This document shows positions 45,197-54,962 of a stretch of 64,000 nucleotides of DNA, piece after piece. The stretch is from a virus (Duplodnaviria > Caudoviricetes), in the IMG/VR virus record IMGVR_UViG_3300021387_003827, positions 1 to 64,000 of that record. The stretch is one strand, 5' to 3'. Both the position numbers and the translations under genes were made by a program. The notes beneath the pieces are model-generated. The model was given only the letters and a program-made list of their open reading frames with translations, had not been told where the DNA came from and searched no databases. Every line of letters starts with the position of its first letter. Within the stretch, counting starts at the first letter, position 1.

Positions 45197-45505
45197 ATGA
45201 CTACCTATAAGATAAAAAGATTTGGAATAACTATAACTCCCGGGGCCAAAGAGGTAGAAGCTGTTCCAGAAATGGTAACTCCTGCTCCAGCTCCCAATCT
45301 CCCTGCCGTAACTTCTCAAGCCCTAACCGGAACAGTAAGTAAGCCAGGCGCAGGTACAAAACCGGGAATGTTCCAAAATTTAGCTAATAGATGGAATAAC
45401 TTACCTACCGCAGGAAAAGTTGGTCTTGGTGCTGCCGCCGTTCTCGGTACTGGACTTGCTGTTCATGGATTAATGAAGAAAAAGAAGAAAAATAATGACC
45501 AATGA
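45197..45505 (+). CDS. Leader-tagged tail-anchored Pro/Thr-rich protein
   Basis: MTTYKIKRFG; VGLGAAAVLGTGLAVHGLMKKKKK. Confidence 0.75.
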   Translation: MTTYKIKRFGITITPGAKEVEAVPEMVTPAPAPNLPAVTSQALTGTVSKPGAGTKPGMFQNLANRWNNLPTAGKVGLGAAAVLGTGLAVHGLMKKKKKNNDQ

Positions 45506-46574
45506 GATAATTTATAAAGGCTTAGAATTAAAGTCTCTTAAAGGATGTAAATATTTTAACGTAGTAGAGGGAACAACTACTTCTCTCGTTGAGGACACTA
45601 GGACATCAACATTGACCCTAACCTACATTCCAGGAAATACTTCTGAGTCTTTAGCAAATTTTCTCGGACTTAAGAGTTATGGGGACCCTAAAGAAATGAC
45701 CCCAACCGGAAAAGCGGTTAAATTCAAGGATGTTACTGTCTCACTTAATGGACTAGTCTTAAAGAAAATGACATATGATCCACACGTAATTCATATGGTT
45801 ATAGTACGAGACAGTGAATCAAGAGTTGTTCAGAACTATAATACTACAACATTAGTAATTTCTTCTGAAGACTATGAAAATGAGGATTTTATAAATTTCC
45901 TATTTTATTCAGGAAATCTTATATATCTCAAGGCAATAGGGAAAAAGCCTAAATGCTATAAGATAAGAAATTTTCCAAAAATCTTAGTCAAAGATAGTAA
46001 TCTGACGCTAGAATCAGACTCTAAGGTATCATATGTCCTTAGAAGATCTTATGATGATTATGTAATACGGGCGATTGACTATCAAAATCAATTTGTTCTT
46101 GAACTTAGAAGAATACTTGATGAATATGGGATAGAATTTGTGCGTTGGAATAAAGAGGAAACATTAACTAATACCTCTTATATATCATATCAATTTAATC
46201 AAACCCCAACGAGAATTCATCATCCCAACCGAGGAGAAGAAGATCGTGTAATGCAACATAGATTACCGGTGGACTTTACTCTTCGAACTCCAGATATGGT
46301 CATGTTTTTTGATTTCAAGAATAAATATAACAACGTCGACCTACTTACTAATTTTTGTGAATTTAGAACTTCCGATAGATATGGTGAAAGATGGACAGCT
46401 GCAGTAAAGTGGCAACAGATCACGGAAGATTTTAATCACAACTATCAACAAGACGATAATGCCAACTTTTCTTATCAATGTCAATTTAGGGCAGAACTAT
46501 ACTTTTATGAAGTATTAGATGAGAGATATAAATTCTTAGAAGAAATTCAATTAGAGTTGGATAATAGTTTATAA
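45495..46574 (+). CDS. Virion structural protein (neck / tail-terminator candidate)
   Basis: Position after capsid gene; beta-rich C-domain; no leader. Confidence 0.5.
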   Translation: MTNEIIYKGLELKSLKGCKYFNVVEGTTTSLVEDTRTSTLTLTYIPGNTSESLANFLGLKSYGDPKEMTPTGKAVKFKDVTVSLNGLVLKKMTYDPHVIHMVIVRDSESRVVQNYNTTTLVISSEDYENEDFINFLFYSGNLIYLKAIGKKPKCYKIRNFPKILVKDSNLTLESDSKVSYVLRRSYDDYVIRAIDYQNQFVLELRRILDEYGIEFVRWNKEETLTNTSYISYQFNQTPTRIHHPNRGEEDRVMQHRLPVDFTLRTPDMVMFFDFKNKYNNVDLLTNFCEFRTSDRYGERWTAAVKWQQITEDFNHNYQQDDNANFSYQCQFRAELYFYEVLDERYKFLEEIQLELDNSL

Positions 46575-46575
46575 T

Positions 46576-46953
46576 ATGATAGAATTTAAGAAGAAAAAAT
46601 CTCTCGAACAGGATCTTATGCCAGATGCCATAAAGATGTTGAGAGATAGAAAAGTTTCATTTAATATAATAACTCCTGAAGAGGCTGACAAAGTATCCAA
46701 AGTAAACTCGAAGGCAATGGTTCTTATGTATTGCAAAAAGACAGAGGATGGATACTATCAAATACAGGTCAAAGATAAGGAGTTTTACGCTTATACAAGA
46801 AAGCTATTAAAAGATATTTTCAGAATGCGGCTTGTAAATGAAGATAAAAAAGAAAGAACGTTTACTGCCGAATGTGATCATAAAGGTCTTCTTGATGATT
46901 ATCTGGAAATTCTTGGATTAAAGTATGATTTATCCTTAGTCAAAAATGATTGA
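46576..46953 (+). CDS. Hypothetical protein, degenerate MIEFK leader
   Basis: Operon context. Confidence 0.7.
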   Translation: MIEFKKKKSLEQDLMPDAIKMLRDRKVSFNIITPEEADKVSKVNSKAMVLMYCKKTEDGYYQIQVKDKEFYAYTRKLLKDIFRMRLVNEDKKERTFTAECDHKGLLDDYLEILGLKYDLSLVKND

Positions 46954-47518
46954 ATTTAAGGAAAAACGCTTCTCTGAGTATGATGCTATGAGAAGCCTAT
47001 ATGTAGAATTGATGAAGTATGGTGATAGAAATAAATATAAAGTCATAGATCAATCACAACTTATTCCAATCCTAAAAGGAAATAATGTTGTTATTGAAAG
47101 ATTTGTCATATCTACTTCATTTCTACATAAAGATAAGTATAGAATGTACCTTAAGATAGGTGCTAAAGCTAAGATGCCGGATGATGTTCGCTTACCACAA
47201 CATGTCTATGATAAGAAACTTCTTGATGCTCAGATTAATATAACTCCTGCAATAAATGGAGAGAAGAAAGAGGAGAAGAAGTTTGCCTTTATCCAGAAAG
47301 AATTCGGAAAGGGTGGCGGCGGAAAGCCAACTATAAGCGGAAATTTATCATTCGGTGGAAATATAACCTACGACGTTAAGGAGCTCCTAGGGGATGCTGT
47401 AAAGTATGATAAAGAGGGCAGATCTCTAGTCCTTGAATTTAACTCTATACAGGATGCTATACGAGCGCTTAATATCCTTCCGTTCGGTTTGAATTATAAC
47501 ATTTATCTTCTGAATTAA
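46946..47518 (+). CDS. Leader-tagged protein
   Basis: MIEFKEKRFS; internal KKFA and QKEFG. Confidence 0.75.
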   Translation: MIEFKEKRFSEYDAMRSLYVELMKYGDRNKYKVIDQSQLIPILKGNNVVIERFVISTSFLHKDKYRMYLKIGAKAKMPDDVRLPQHVYDKKLLDAQINITPAINGEKKEEKKFAFIQKEFGKGGGGKPTISGNLSFGGNITYDVKELLGDAVKYDKEGRSLVLEFNSIQDAIRALNILPFGLNYNIYLLN

Positions 47519-47519
47519 C

Positions 47520-47729
47520 ATGATACTTAAGAGATTTTCATCTACCAAGATTTTAAATACTAATGCTCCCGGATTTATCAGAGGTAGAAAATATGACACT
47601 GACATGGATAGACTTGGAAGATTGGAAACCTCTGGTCAATTATCCAATGGTTTAGGAGAATTAGAGAAAGAAAAACGGAAGATGAAAGATGAATTAAATA
47701 AAGGAAGCTTATGGCAACGTACAGATTAA
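47520..47729 (+). CDS. Leader-tagged small protein
   Basis: MILKRFS. Confidence 0.7.
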   Translation: MILKRFSSTKILNTNAPGFIRGRKYDTDMDRLGRLETSGQLSNGLGELEKEKRKMKDELNKGSLWQRTD

Positions 47730-48064
47730 AGAGAAAATATTTTGGTACAGTCGGCGAAATAGGAAATGCTGCAGCCAATATAGTTGGTGGTACCGTCAAT
47801 GCTGCCAAAAATACCGCCGGAGCTGTCCTTGAAGGAACCGGTGGAGCAGTAAAGACAGTTAGTGGTCTTGCTGAACCTGTAGGTGCAGTTGGAGGTGGTG
47901 CTCTCGGTGCTGGACTTGGCCTTATTGGTGGTCCAGTTGGATCTCTTATTGGCGGAACTATCGGGTCAATGGTAGGAGGCGGAGCTGGAAAACTTGTGAA
48001 GACTACAGGAAAGGCAGTTGGGGAAGGACTCCAGACCGCCGGACAAGGAATGCAAGGTTATTAA
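47711..48064 (+). CDS. Leader-tagged Gly-zipper protein
   Basis: MATYRLKRKYFG; GAVGGGALGAGLGLIGGPVGSLIGGTIG. Confidence 0.78.
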   Translation: MATYRLKRKYFGTVGEIGNAAANIVGGTVNAAKNTAGAVLEGTGGAVKTVSGLAEPVGAVGGGALGAGLGLIGGPVGSLIGGTIGSMVGGGAGKLVKTTGKAVGEGLQTAGQGMQGY

Positions 48065-48068
48065 AGCT

Positions 48069-49364
48069 ATGATAAAGTTTGTACAAAAAGAATATGTTCT
48101 TCCTGCTCTTGGCGCTATGGCTTCAAGATTTCTAGCAACTCAAGGCGGTCAGTTGGTTGCTTCTGGGGTTGCTTCAGCTGCACCAATGGCCGGAGTAAGT
48201 GGCATTCTTGGTGCACAAGCAAATAAAACCGCAAAAGAACAGGGTCAAGAGATGATGGAGATGCAAAAGAGACAGATGGCAGAACAAAGAAAGATGTTGC
48301 AAAAACAGCTTGAAATTCAACAGCAGGCCGTCAATAAGGGTGTGTCTCCAACAGCTGAAATTAAGACTTTTGCTATAAATCCACAGACTCTAAAGAATAT
48401 TAAGGGTGCCGTTAAAGGGATTATTGATGTATCTCACTCAAATGGAAGAAATCTGACCAAGTCTGTAGTTCACGGATTAACCATGGGTGCAGGTATGGCA
48501 GGAGCTGGATACATCGCTAATAAGGCCATTGAAAAAGACGCCAAGAAGTCTGGGATTATATCTGATACTCCTGAAAGTGAAGAATCTAAGAAAAAGAGAA
48601 AGTCCAACTTAATAAAAGGTGCTGCTATTCTTGGAACTACGGCAGCCGCTCTTTATGGTGCAAGGAAAGGAAAACTTGGTGGTACTCTTCAAAATATGGT
48701 TTCTAAAGAAAACGTTGGAAAGCTTGGAGAATATGCAAAAGAGTCCGCCAAAGATGTTTTCAGCCCGATAAAGAAAGATGCTAAAACAGGAAAGAAATCC
48801 CTTAATGGTTCTGCGGCATTTACCTATGGAGTTGGTGCTGTTATGCCTGTAGTCGAATATAAAGCAAAAAAGAAGCAGATAGAAGAACAGGCTGAGAAGA
48901 CCTATGCAATTCCAGCAGGACTTGGAAAAGCTGCCCTAAAGAGGGTTGGTGTAGCGGCTGCAAAATATAAAGACCCACTGATTAAAGGAACTAAGTCTAT
49001 CGGACAATCAATTGGTAGATTCATTAAGGCCCCGATTACTAAAACTATGGATGGAATTAGTAAGTTATCCGGTGCTGGAATTAAAGAATCTAAAAGTTTT
49101 CTTAATGATGTCAAAGCCAAAGGGGTAAAGGAAAATAATCCAATACTCGAGAAATTAGGTGGACTAGGAAAACACCTCGATACCAATGAGAAAGGTAGAT
49201 TAAGTCTTAAAGGAAAGGCTCTTCTTGGTGGTGCCACTGTTGTAGGAAGTACAGTAATGTTTAAACCCTGGGAAATGGGTGAAAAGGCAGTAAAGAAAAC
49301 TCTTGAGACCGCTGATAAGAATGCATATGCTTATGAAAAGTCTCAGGAACAAGAAGTAAAATAA
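48069..49364 (+). CDS. Putative polyprotein of amphipathic / Gly-zipper units
   Basis: Start MIKFVQKEYV (M18 of track ORF); internal EIKTFA and AEKTYA. Confidence 0.72.
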   Translation: MIKFVQKEYVLPALGAMASRFLATQGGQLVASGVASAAPMAGVSGILGAQANKTAKEQGQEMMEMQKRQMAEQRKMLQKQLEIQQQAVNKGVSPTAEIKTFAINPQTLKNIKGAVKGIIDVSHSNGRNLTKSVVHGLTMGAGMAGAGYIANKAIEKDAKKSGIISDTPESEESKKKRKSNLIKGAAILGTTAAALYGARKGKLGGTLQNMVSKENVGKLGEYAKESAKDVFSPIKKDAKTGKKSLNGSAAFTYGVGAVMPVVEYKAKKKQIEEQAEKTYAIPAGLGKAALKRVGVAAAKYKDPLIKGTKSIGQSIGRFIKAPITKTMDGISKLSGAGIKESKSFLNDVKAKGVKENNPILEKLGGLGKHLDTNEKGRLSLKGKALLGGATVVGSTVMFKPWEMGEKAVKKTLETADKNAYAYEKSQEQEVK

Positions 49365-49365
49365 T

Positions 49366-49788
49366 ATGGGAACTTTTAAGATAAAAAGAAAGTTTTTCTC
49401 TAAATATGACGAAACTGACAACCTGAAAAGAATGAAGGACTCCGACATTCTTGCTGAAAAGAAGAAAGAGTCTCCTTCTCTTATTCCTACTGCCAGAGCA
49501 GGTATTACTGGAGCTTTGGCTGGTGGTGCTGTTCTTGGAACTGCCGGGATGATAAAAGCAAAGAAAGCAGGTTCGTCCATATTAAAGGGAGGAAAGAAAG
49601 GAGCCATAGCTGGTGCCTTACTTGGAGCCGCTGCTCTCGGTGCTTCCGCACTTAAGAAACGCGAAAAAGAATCTGAGGATAATCATTTCTATAACAAGAG
49701 ATTAGAATATGCCCAGAAACAGGCGAAGAGGAGAGAGGCTAAGGACTGGAAAGAAAATATGACCCAAAGAGATGGGTATTCATATTAG
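49366..49788 (+). CDS. Leader-tagged Gly-zipper protein
   Basis: MGTFKIKRKFFS. Confidence 0.78.
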   Translation: MGTFKIKRKFFSKYDETDNLKRMKDSDILAEKKKESPSLIPTARAGITGALAGGAVLGTAGMIKAKKAGSSILKGGKKGAIAGALLGAAALGASALKKREKESEDNHFYNKRLEYAQKQAKRREAKDWKENMTQRDGYSY

Positions 49789-49794
49789 TAAACA

Positions 49795-50802
49795 ATGATG
49801 ATTACGTTTAGTGAAAAGAAATTTGGTAAGCTGGGGAAGGCTGCAAAAAAGGGCATTGAATCGATACAGAATGATCCAGCCAAACTAATTATACCTGCCC
49901 TAACTTCTACTCCAGGCGTTGCTTTAGGTCTAGCTAATTTGACGGTCAATAAAGATCGAAGAAAGAAAGATCGAGAGTTACGTCAAGCCCAGATTGAAGC
50001 TACAAATAAATTAGTTGAAGCACTGGAAAATGAAAATAGAGCTGAAGCCAAGAGCAGGGCTATTAAATTAAGAAGAGCCTATAAGAAACCTATAGCGGAT
50101 GACCAAGTTCCTGCTGCACTAGATCAAGTAAAAAATAAAGTATTGAAAGGAGAAGATATGATTTCTTTTAAGAAAAAAGACTTTAGTATTCTTTCTGATG
50201 CTGTTTCTGGAGCCGCTATTGGTGGTACCCTGGGAATGGGAGCTACACCAATTATACTCAAGAAGAAAGATAAGATCGTACTCGGGAAAAAGGGAACCAC
50301 TATAGATCTAGACGGTGTAGGAAAAGGAGCCGTAGGATTTGCCGCTGGAACCATAATTGGCGCTGCTCTTGGATTAGTTGTTGGCGGAATCAAAGAAACA
50401 GCTAAATTCATAAATAGAGCCAGGACTGTAGATAAGAGACTGATGCCAGGTATAATCGAGGATCTAAAGAAAGGTAATTTCAAAGAAGGAAAAGACTTCA
50501 CTAGAGATCCTAAGACTGCAAATGAGCTTAAAACAAGAGTTTGCGTTGTAGTTACGAAATATTCTGGCGATCTACGGATCCTCATTAATACAGTATCAGA
50601 TCAGAAATTATCACAGATAACTAAAGACTCTATTAAGAATATACCAAATTCTTCTGTGGTCAATGAAAAGGTCACAGATAGATATAATGATATTACAGTT
50701 TCTACTATTTCAGATTCTTCGGCAGATCCTGCATTAATCTCTGGAATAGCGGAAAGATTTATAAGAAACGGTTATCCAGTATATCTGGTTGAAGTTGGTT
50801 AA
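49795..50802 (+). CDS. Leader-tagged protein with a second internal leader
   Basis: MITFSEKKFG; internal MISFKKKDFS followed by Gly zippers. Confidence 0.75.
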   Translation: MMITFSEKKFGKLGKAAKKGIESIQNDPAKLIIPALTSTPGVALGLANLTVNKDRRKKDRELRQAQIEATNKLVEALENENRAEAKSRAIKLRRAYKKPIADDQVPAALDQVKNKVLKGEDMISFKKKDFSILSDAVSGAAIGGTLGMGATPIILKKKDKIVLGKKGTTIDLDGVGKGAVGFAAGTIIGAALGLVVGGIKETAKFINRARTVDKRLMPGIIEDLKKGNFKEGKDFTRDPKTANELKTRVCVVVTKYSGDLRILINTVSDQKLSQITKDSIKNIPNSSVVNEKVTDRYNDITVSTISDSSADPALISGIAERFIRNGYPVYLVEVG

Positions 50803-50824
50803 AATTTATTATAGTATATAGAAT

Positions 50825-52990
50825 ATGGCAGAATGGAATGAAACTCTTGAGCCGTATATAAAAGTTCAGGAAAGAATCAAATCCGCAACGCAAAATCCTA
50901 CTACAGGAGATGAGCTCATTATTGGTGTTGCTATAGTGTCGGATGCTGGTTCTGGAGATCCTACCCTTGTTCGCGGTCAGAAGGAGTTTGTAGAAAAATT
51001 TGCTTCTCAAGAAGAAATAACCAGCGAATATCTATCATCGCTGGATAAATTATATGGGGACGGTACTTTAAATATCGCCTCTACTATGTGGGCTAACGCC
51101 TATAGACTTGCTGGATCCAATACTCTTTTGGTTACCAGAGCCACTAAGTCTGATAGCTCATATTTCACCAAACCTCTGTCTCCTGATCAGACTGTTGGTG
51201 GAAAGACCTTTATTCTCAAGGATGGAGAATTACTAGTTAGAGTGACTGGTTCAGCCGGAACTGGTGGAATTAAGTTTGTTATTGATGTAAATGGAGACTC
51301 TGCAGAACATGCCGGAACTGGCTGGTGTATTAATATATCTGACGTAGGAGTCTTTGGTAACCGCGTTGAAGATGCCGGCCCAGTATATGATTATCTAGCT
51401 ACCGATCTCCCTTCACTCGTAGAACAGTTAAACGAGACTTCTAAATTCTTCTCTCCAGACTATAAGTTCTATACGGATCTGGATGGCAAGACAACTCAAG
51501 AATGGAATGGTGTGAATCCTCTTGAAGTGAAGACTGTTCTCTTTAATGAATTATATATTGCCGCCAATATTCTTGACAAATCTGACCCAAGAATGGAAGA
51601 CGGTATGTATAATATGGTAGTAGCTGACTCTGATTGGCAGCTTACAACCCCTATTACTGAAAATATGGTTATAGACCTCAATGCTCTTGCCTCTGTGGAT
51701 TTCCCTGAGTATTATGTTATTAATGCATATAATTCAGCTACAGATCTGAAGGTGAGAATCAGACGGTTTAATCATGACGCAGTATCCTCTGTTGATGTTC
51801 CTGCTTCCACAGACCTTACGTCAGTCACAGCCTCACAATCACGACTCATAAGTGATTCTTATCTTGGGTCTGTTTCTGAAGATAAAGATTTCTACGAGGT
51901 TGCAATTCTTGATAAGAGTCTGTCCTCGACGGTTCTCTATTTTAACATAGGAACAAAAACTGGAAGAGGTGATATAACTGTAGATGAGCTTCAGGAGAAT
52001 ATGAAGATGCTTAGCTTTGTTCTTCCTGATGATATGGGTGATCTTGGTCTTAATTATTATGGAGACACCAGAGAAGGAAAGACCGATAAGCAAGAGATTC
52101 TCGTAAATGCTAAGGTTAATACGGACAGCAGTAAGATTCTCAATGTTACAGTAGATGATCTTAAGAAAGCCCTAGATCTTATCACCGAAGATGAGGTTTA
52201 TGTTACTGAGGGTCTTTCCGATCTTGGCTGTACAGATCTTACCTTCCAGAACTACATTGCTAATATCGCTATCAATGAAAATTACTTTATTCCTAACTCC
52301 ACAGTCAATAGTACAAACTATATGACTATTGGAAGTTTTGCAAAGAAGATTAATCGTGATAGTGAAAAGCAATATATGTCTGCACCTTGGGACATAGATA
52401 CTGCAACTCTCGGATTCAAATTTTATGCTAGTCCTTCTGTTCTATACTGGGAGACCGTATCAAAGAATAGAAGAAACAATAATGAATTTGCTTCTGTACT
52501 AGGTGAAACTACTGGTGTTGTGGGTTATCAGAGACCAGTAACCGAATTTAATAAAAAGACAAGACAGCTTCTTCTTACCAGAAAAGTCAATACTGTACTT
52601 TGGGATAATTCAATCTCTAACTGGTGTATGAATGATTGCTATACTACTCAATCTACAAATACCGTTGAAAATGAAGATGGTAATGCTAGATTAGTAATTC
52701 ATATCAGCAAGAATATTCCAGTCATTCTTAAGCAGTTTATTGGTAAGAAAATCAACGAGAAATTATGTTCTGATGTTGAAGGAGCTATTGGACATTGGTT
52801 CAAGATGTATATCCTACCTCTTGGAACTACTGTAGAAGCCTTTAATGTAGTTTGTAATTTTGATGCTGCTCTTGCCAGACAAAATAAGATAAAAGTTGTT
52901 GTTCAAGTAAGACTCCCCCGTGCTCTTAAGTTCATCGATGTTTACAACGACATCTATGATACCGGCATGGAGTTTGAGGTTGTTGAATAA
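50825..52990 (+). CDS. Tail sheath protein
   Basis: EPYIKVQE, PTLVRGQKEFVEKF; C-domain APW...SPS...RQLLLTRKVN...RL...RALKFI. Confidence 0.85.
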   Translation: MAEWNETLEPYIKVQERIKSATQNPTTGDELIIGVAIVSDAGSGDPTLVRGQKEFVEKFASQEEITSEYLSSLDKLYGDGTLNIASTMWANAYRLAGSNTLLVTRATKSDSSYFTKPLSPDQTVGGKTFILKDGELLVRVTGSAGTGGIKFVIDVNGDSAEHAGTGWCINISDVGVFGNRVEDAGPVYDYLATDLPSLVEQLNETSKFFSPDYKFYTDLDGKTTQEWNGVNPLEVKTVLFNELYIAANILDKSDPRMEDGMYNMVVADSDWQLTTPITENMVIDLNALASVDFPEYYVINAYNSATDLKVRIRRFNHDAVSSVDVPASTDLTSVTASQSRLISDSYLGSVSEDKDFYEVAILDKSLSSTVLYFNIGTKTGRGDITVDELQENMKMLSFVLPDDMGDLGLNYYGDTREGKTDKQEILVNAKVNTDSSKILNVTVDDLKKALDLITEDEVYVTEGLSDLGCTDLTFQNYIANIAINENYFIPNSTVNSTNYMTIGSFAKKINRDSEKQYMSAPWDIDTATLGFKFYASPSVLYWETVSKNRRNNNEFASVLGETTGVVGYQRPVTEFNKKTRQLLLTRKVNTVLWDNSISNWCMNDCYTTQSTNTVENEDGNARLVIHISKNIPVILKQFIGKKINEKLCSDVEGAIGHWFKMYILPLGTTVEAFNVVCNFDAALARQNKIKVVVQVRLPRALKFIDVYNDIYDTGMEFEVVE

Positions 52991-53008
52991 TATCTCCATT
53001 GTTCAAAG

Positions 53009-53073
53009 GGAGTGTCTGATAAAAAAAAAATAAAAAGAAAAATACAATTCGCTCCTCTTTTATCAGACACTCC
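53009..53073. other. 16-bp perfect inverted repeat with A-rich loop after the sheath gene
   Basis: ggagtgtctgataaaa ... ttttatcagacactcc. Confidence 0.7.
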
Positions 53074-53089
53074 TAAATTTTAAAAGATT

Positions 53090-53824
53090 ATGCAAAAGAC
53101 CTTATTGAAAGATTTAAAAAAGAAGATATTTATAAGATCTTCTATGCTGGCGGTAAGCTCATTAGACGAAATATTTGGGCTTAATGATTATCTCTCACCA
53201 GATGAGGTCTTACTTGAAATAATAAAAAAGGCCTTAAGTGAGTTTGAGATATCTAACCCCCTCATTCTAGAGATGAAGGTATGTAAAGATCAAATGGGAA
53301 CCTGCTATGGAAGACAGGGATATTCAGAAATTAAGAGCAATTTTACACTTTACTTAGATTGCATGATATCTGAAGATCAAATTATTCTTGTTCCAACAGT
53401 TACCCCATACCTAAGACTTCTCAATAGTTATCCTGCTCCTGGGTCTTGGTATCCCGCTACAGACTATCAAGCACCATATCTTTTCACACAAGATATACCG
53501 TTTTATGGAGGTCAATTTTGGATAAGGGGAATTTGCTCCAGGCCGATTATTCCGGATTTTACACCGGATGGAAAGTTTAATGAGGCAAGTACAAAGAGCG
53601 CCATCTACTGGTTAAATATAGAAGAAGGAGCATTAGGAACTTATTTTATGGACCTCTGCATGGTTCATGTCTTAGATTATATCCGTCAACTCAAGGCATC
53701 TATTCAACTCCCCTCTATGTCTGTTGATGTGTTGGGAAATATAGATACAGCATATCAGGAGCTCAGAGCGAGGTGCGACCAATATCAATTACAATCTTCT
53801 TGGTACGGAGGACTACTAGTATGA
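53090..53824 (+). CDS. Neck / head-completion protein candidate
   Basis: Position and size; no leader. Confidence 0.45.
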   Translation: MQKTLLKDLKKKIFIRSSMLAVSSLDEIFGLNDYLSPDEVLLEIIKKALSEFEISNPLILEMKVCKDQMGTCYGRQGYSEIKSNFTLYLDCMISEDQIILVPTVTPYLRLLNSYPAPGSWYPATDYQAPYLFTQDIPFYGGQFWIRGICSRPIIPDFTPDGKFNEASTKSAIYWLNIEEGALGTYFMDLCMVHVLDYIRQLKASIQLPSMSVDVLGNIDTAYQELRARCDQYQLQSSWYGGLLV

Positions 53825-54354
53825 TTATATTACGACAGAAAAATTATTCTTCACCTCTTACTAAGGCTCTCTATAGAAAGGAGAAACTCGTATCTGGTTT
53901 AAAGAAAGGTGCTGCCGGACTAAGAACCAACCTCACTAGGGCTGTTTCAAAGTCTCCTCTTAGTCCAAAAGTTATAGCCGCACAGGAACTGGAAAGAAAG
54001 GTAGCAATTGACGGAAAGGCGGCAAAACGGAGAGCCATTCAATCCAAAAATAAGATAGAGGCAGCCAAGAATTATATAGGAACATCTACGCCGGGACAGA
54101 TTGCTTCTGATGTAGTTGGGGAAGTAATAAGACGACCAGTATTCGTTGGTGGTGCGGTCGGTGGATATGCTCCTTTGGCTTATGGAGTATATGTCCCTTT
54201 TACAACTCCGACAGCTTTAGCATTAGAAGAAGGCGCTAGAAAAATAGTTCCTGGGTATGCGAAAGTTACAGACTCCTTATCTAAAGCATATAATAAAAGC
54301 GGAAAGAGAGTGGTTTCGAACCTAGTAGATTCAGCAACTAAAGCTATTGTATGA
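53821..54354 (+). CDS. Leader-tagged basic protein
   Basis: MIILRQKNYS (M17 of track ORF), same leader as 5892. Confidence 0.78.
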   Translation: MIILRQKNYSSPLTKALYRKEKLVSGLKKGAAGLRTNLTRAVSKSPLSPKVIAAQELERKVAIDGKAAKRRAIQSKNKIEAAKNYIGTSTPGQIASDVVGEVIRRPVFVGGAVGGYAPLAYGVYVPFTTPTALALEEGARKIVPGYAKVTDSLSKAYNKSGKRVVSNLVDSATKAIV

Positions 54355-54962
54355 TAGAGTTTAAAGAAAAGATATTTTCCATAGAAAGTGGAAATTTTGA
54401 AGGAACTAAAAGAATTCCCAAGAAAGGAAAAGAAATTCTACATAAACTCCTATCTGGTGTCGATGCTGGGTCTGGTCTAAAGGGATTTCTCAGCAGTGGA
54501 GATGAAGTTTATAAATCTTCTAATTTCTGGGATAAGATTCAAGATTTTAATTCTTGGATTAAAGCTACTGCAGAAAACAGCCTCTTCAACTCCGGGAGAA
54601 AAAAGAAGTTTAACTCTTTTGATATAATTTCTGCATTAAGGGGAAAAATAGATATTAATAAAGACCCAAAAGACTATGTCGTATCAGCGTATAGTTTTGG
54701 CAATTCATTAATACTATTTATAAATAAGCCTAAGAAGAAAGAATTATCAAAATTAAATGACATATTAAGTAATTATTGTTTTGAACATAAGGATACAGAT
54801 TATGCGTCTGAAAGAGTTGACAAAAATACATACGTTGTTGATGTATATGTTCCGAAAGATGCCTCTATAGACTTAATTTCTGATATTATCGATGATGATT
54901 TCAAGGTAAACATAATTACTGGATCAAAATTTATAAGTAAAGGTCGACAAGTATATGATTGA
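54351..54962 (+). CDS. Leader-tagged protein, distant paralog of 54955..56184
   Basis: MIEFKEKIFSIESGNFEG vs MIEFIQKEFTLQEGHYTG; KELSKLNDILSNYC vs KDLEKVDNTLDYYC. Confidence 0.75.
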   Translation: MIEFKEKIFSIESGNFEGTKRIPKKGKEILHKLLSGVDAGSGLKGFLSSGDEVYKSSNFWDKIQDFNSWIKATAENSLFNSGRKKKFNSFDIISALRGKIDINKDPKDYVVSAYSFGNSLILFINKPKKKELSKLNDILSNYCFEHKDTDYASERVDKNTYVVDVYVPKDASIDLISDIIDDDFKVNIITGSKFISKGRQVYD

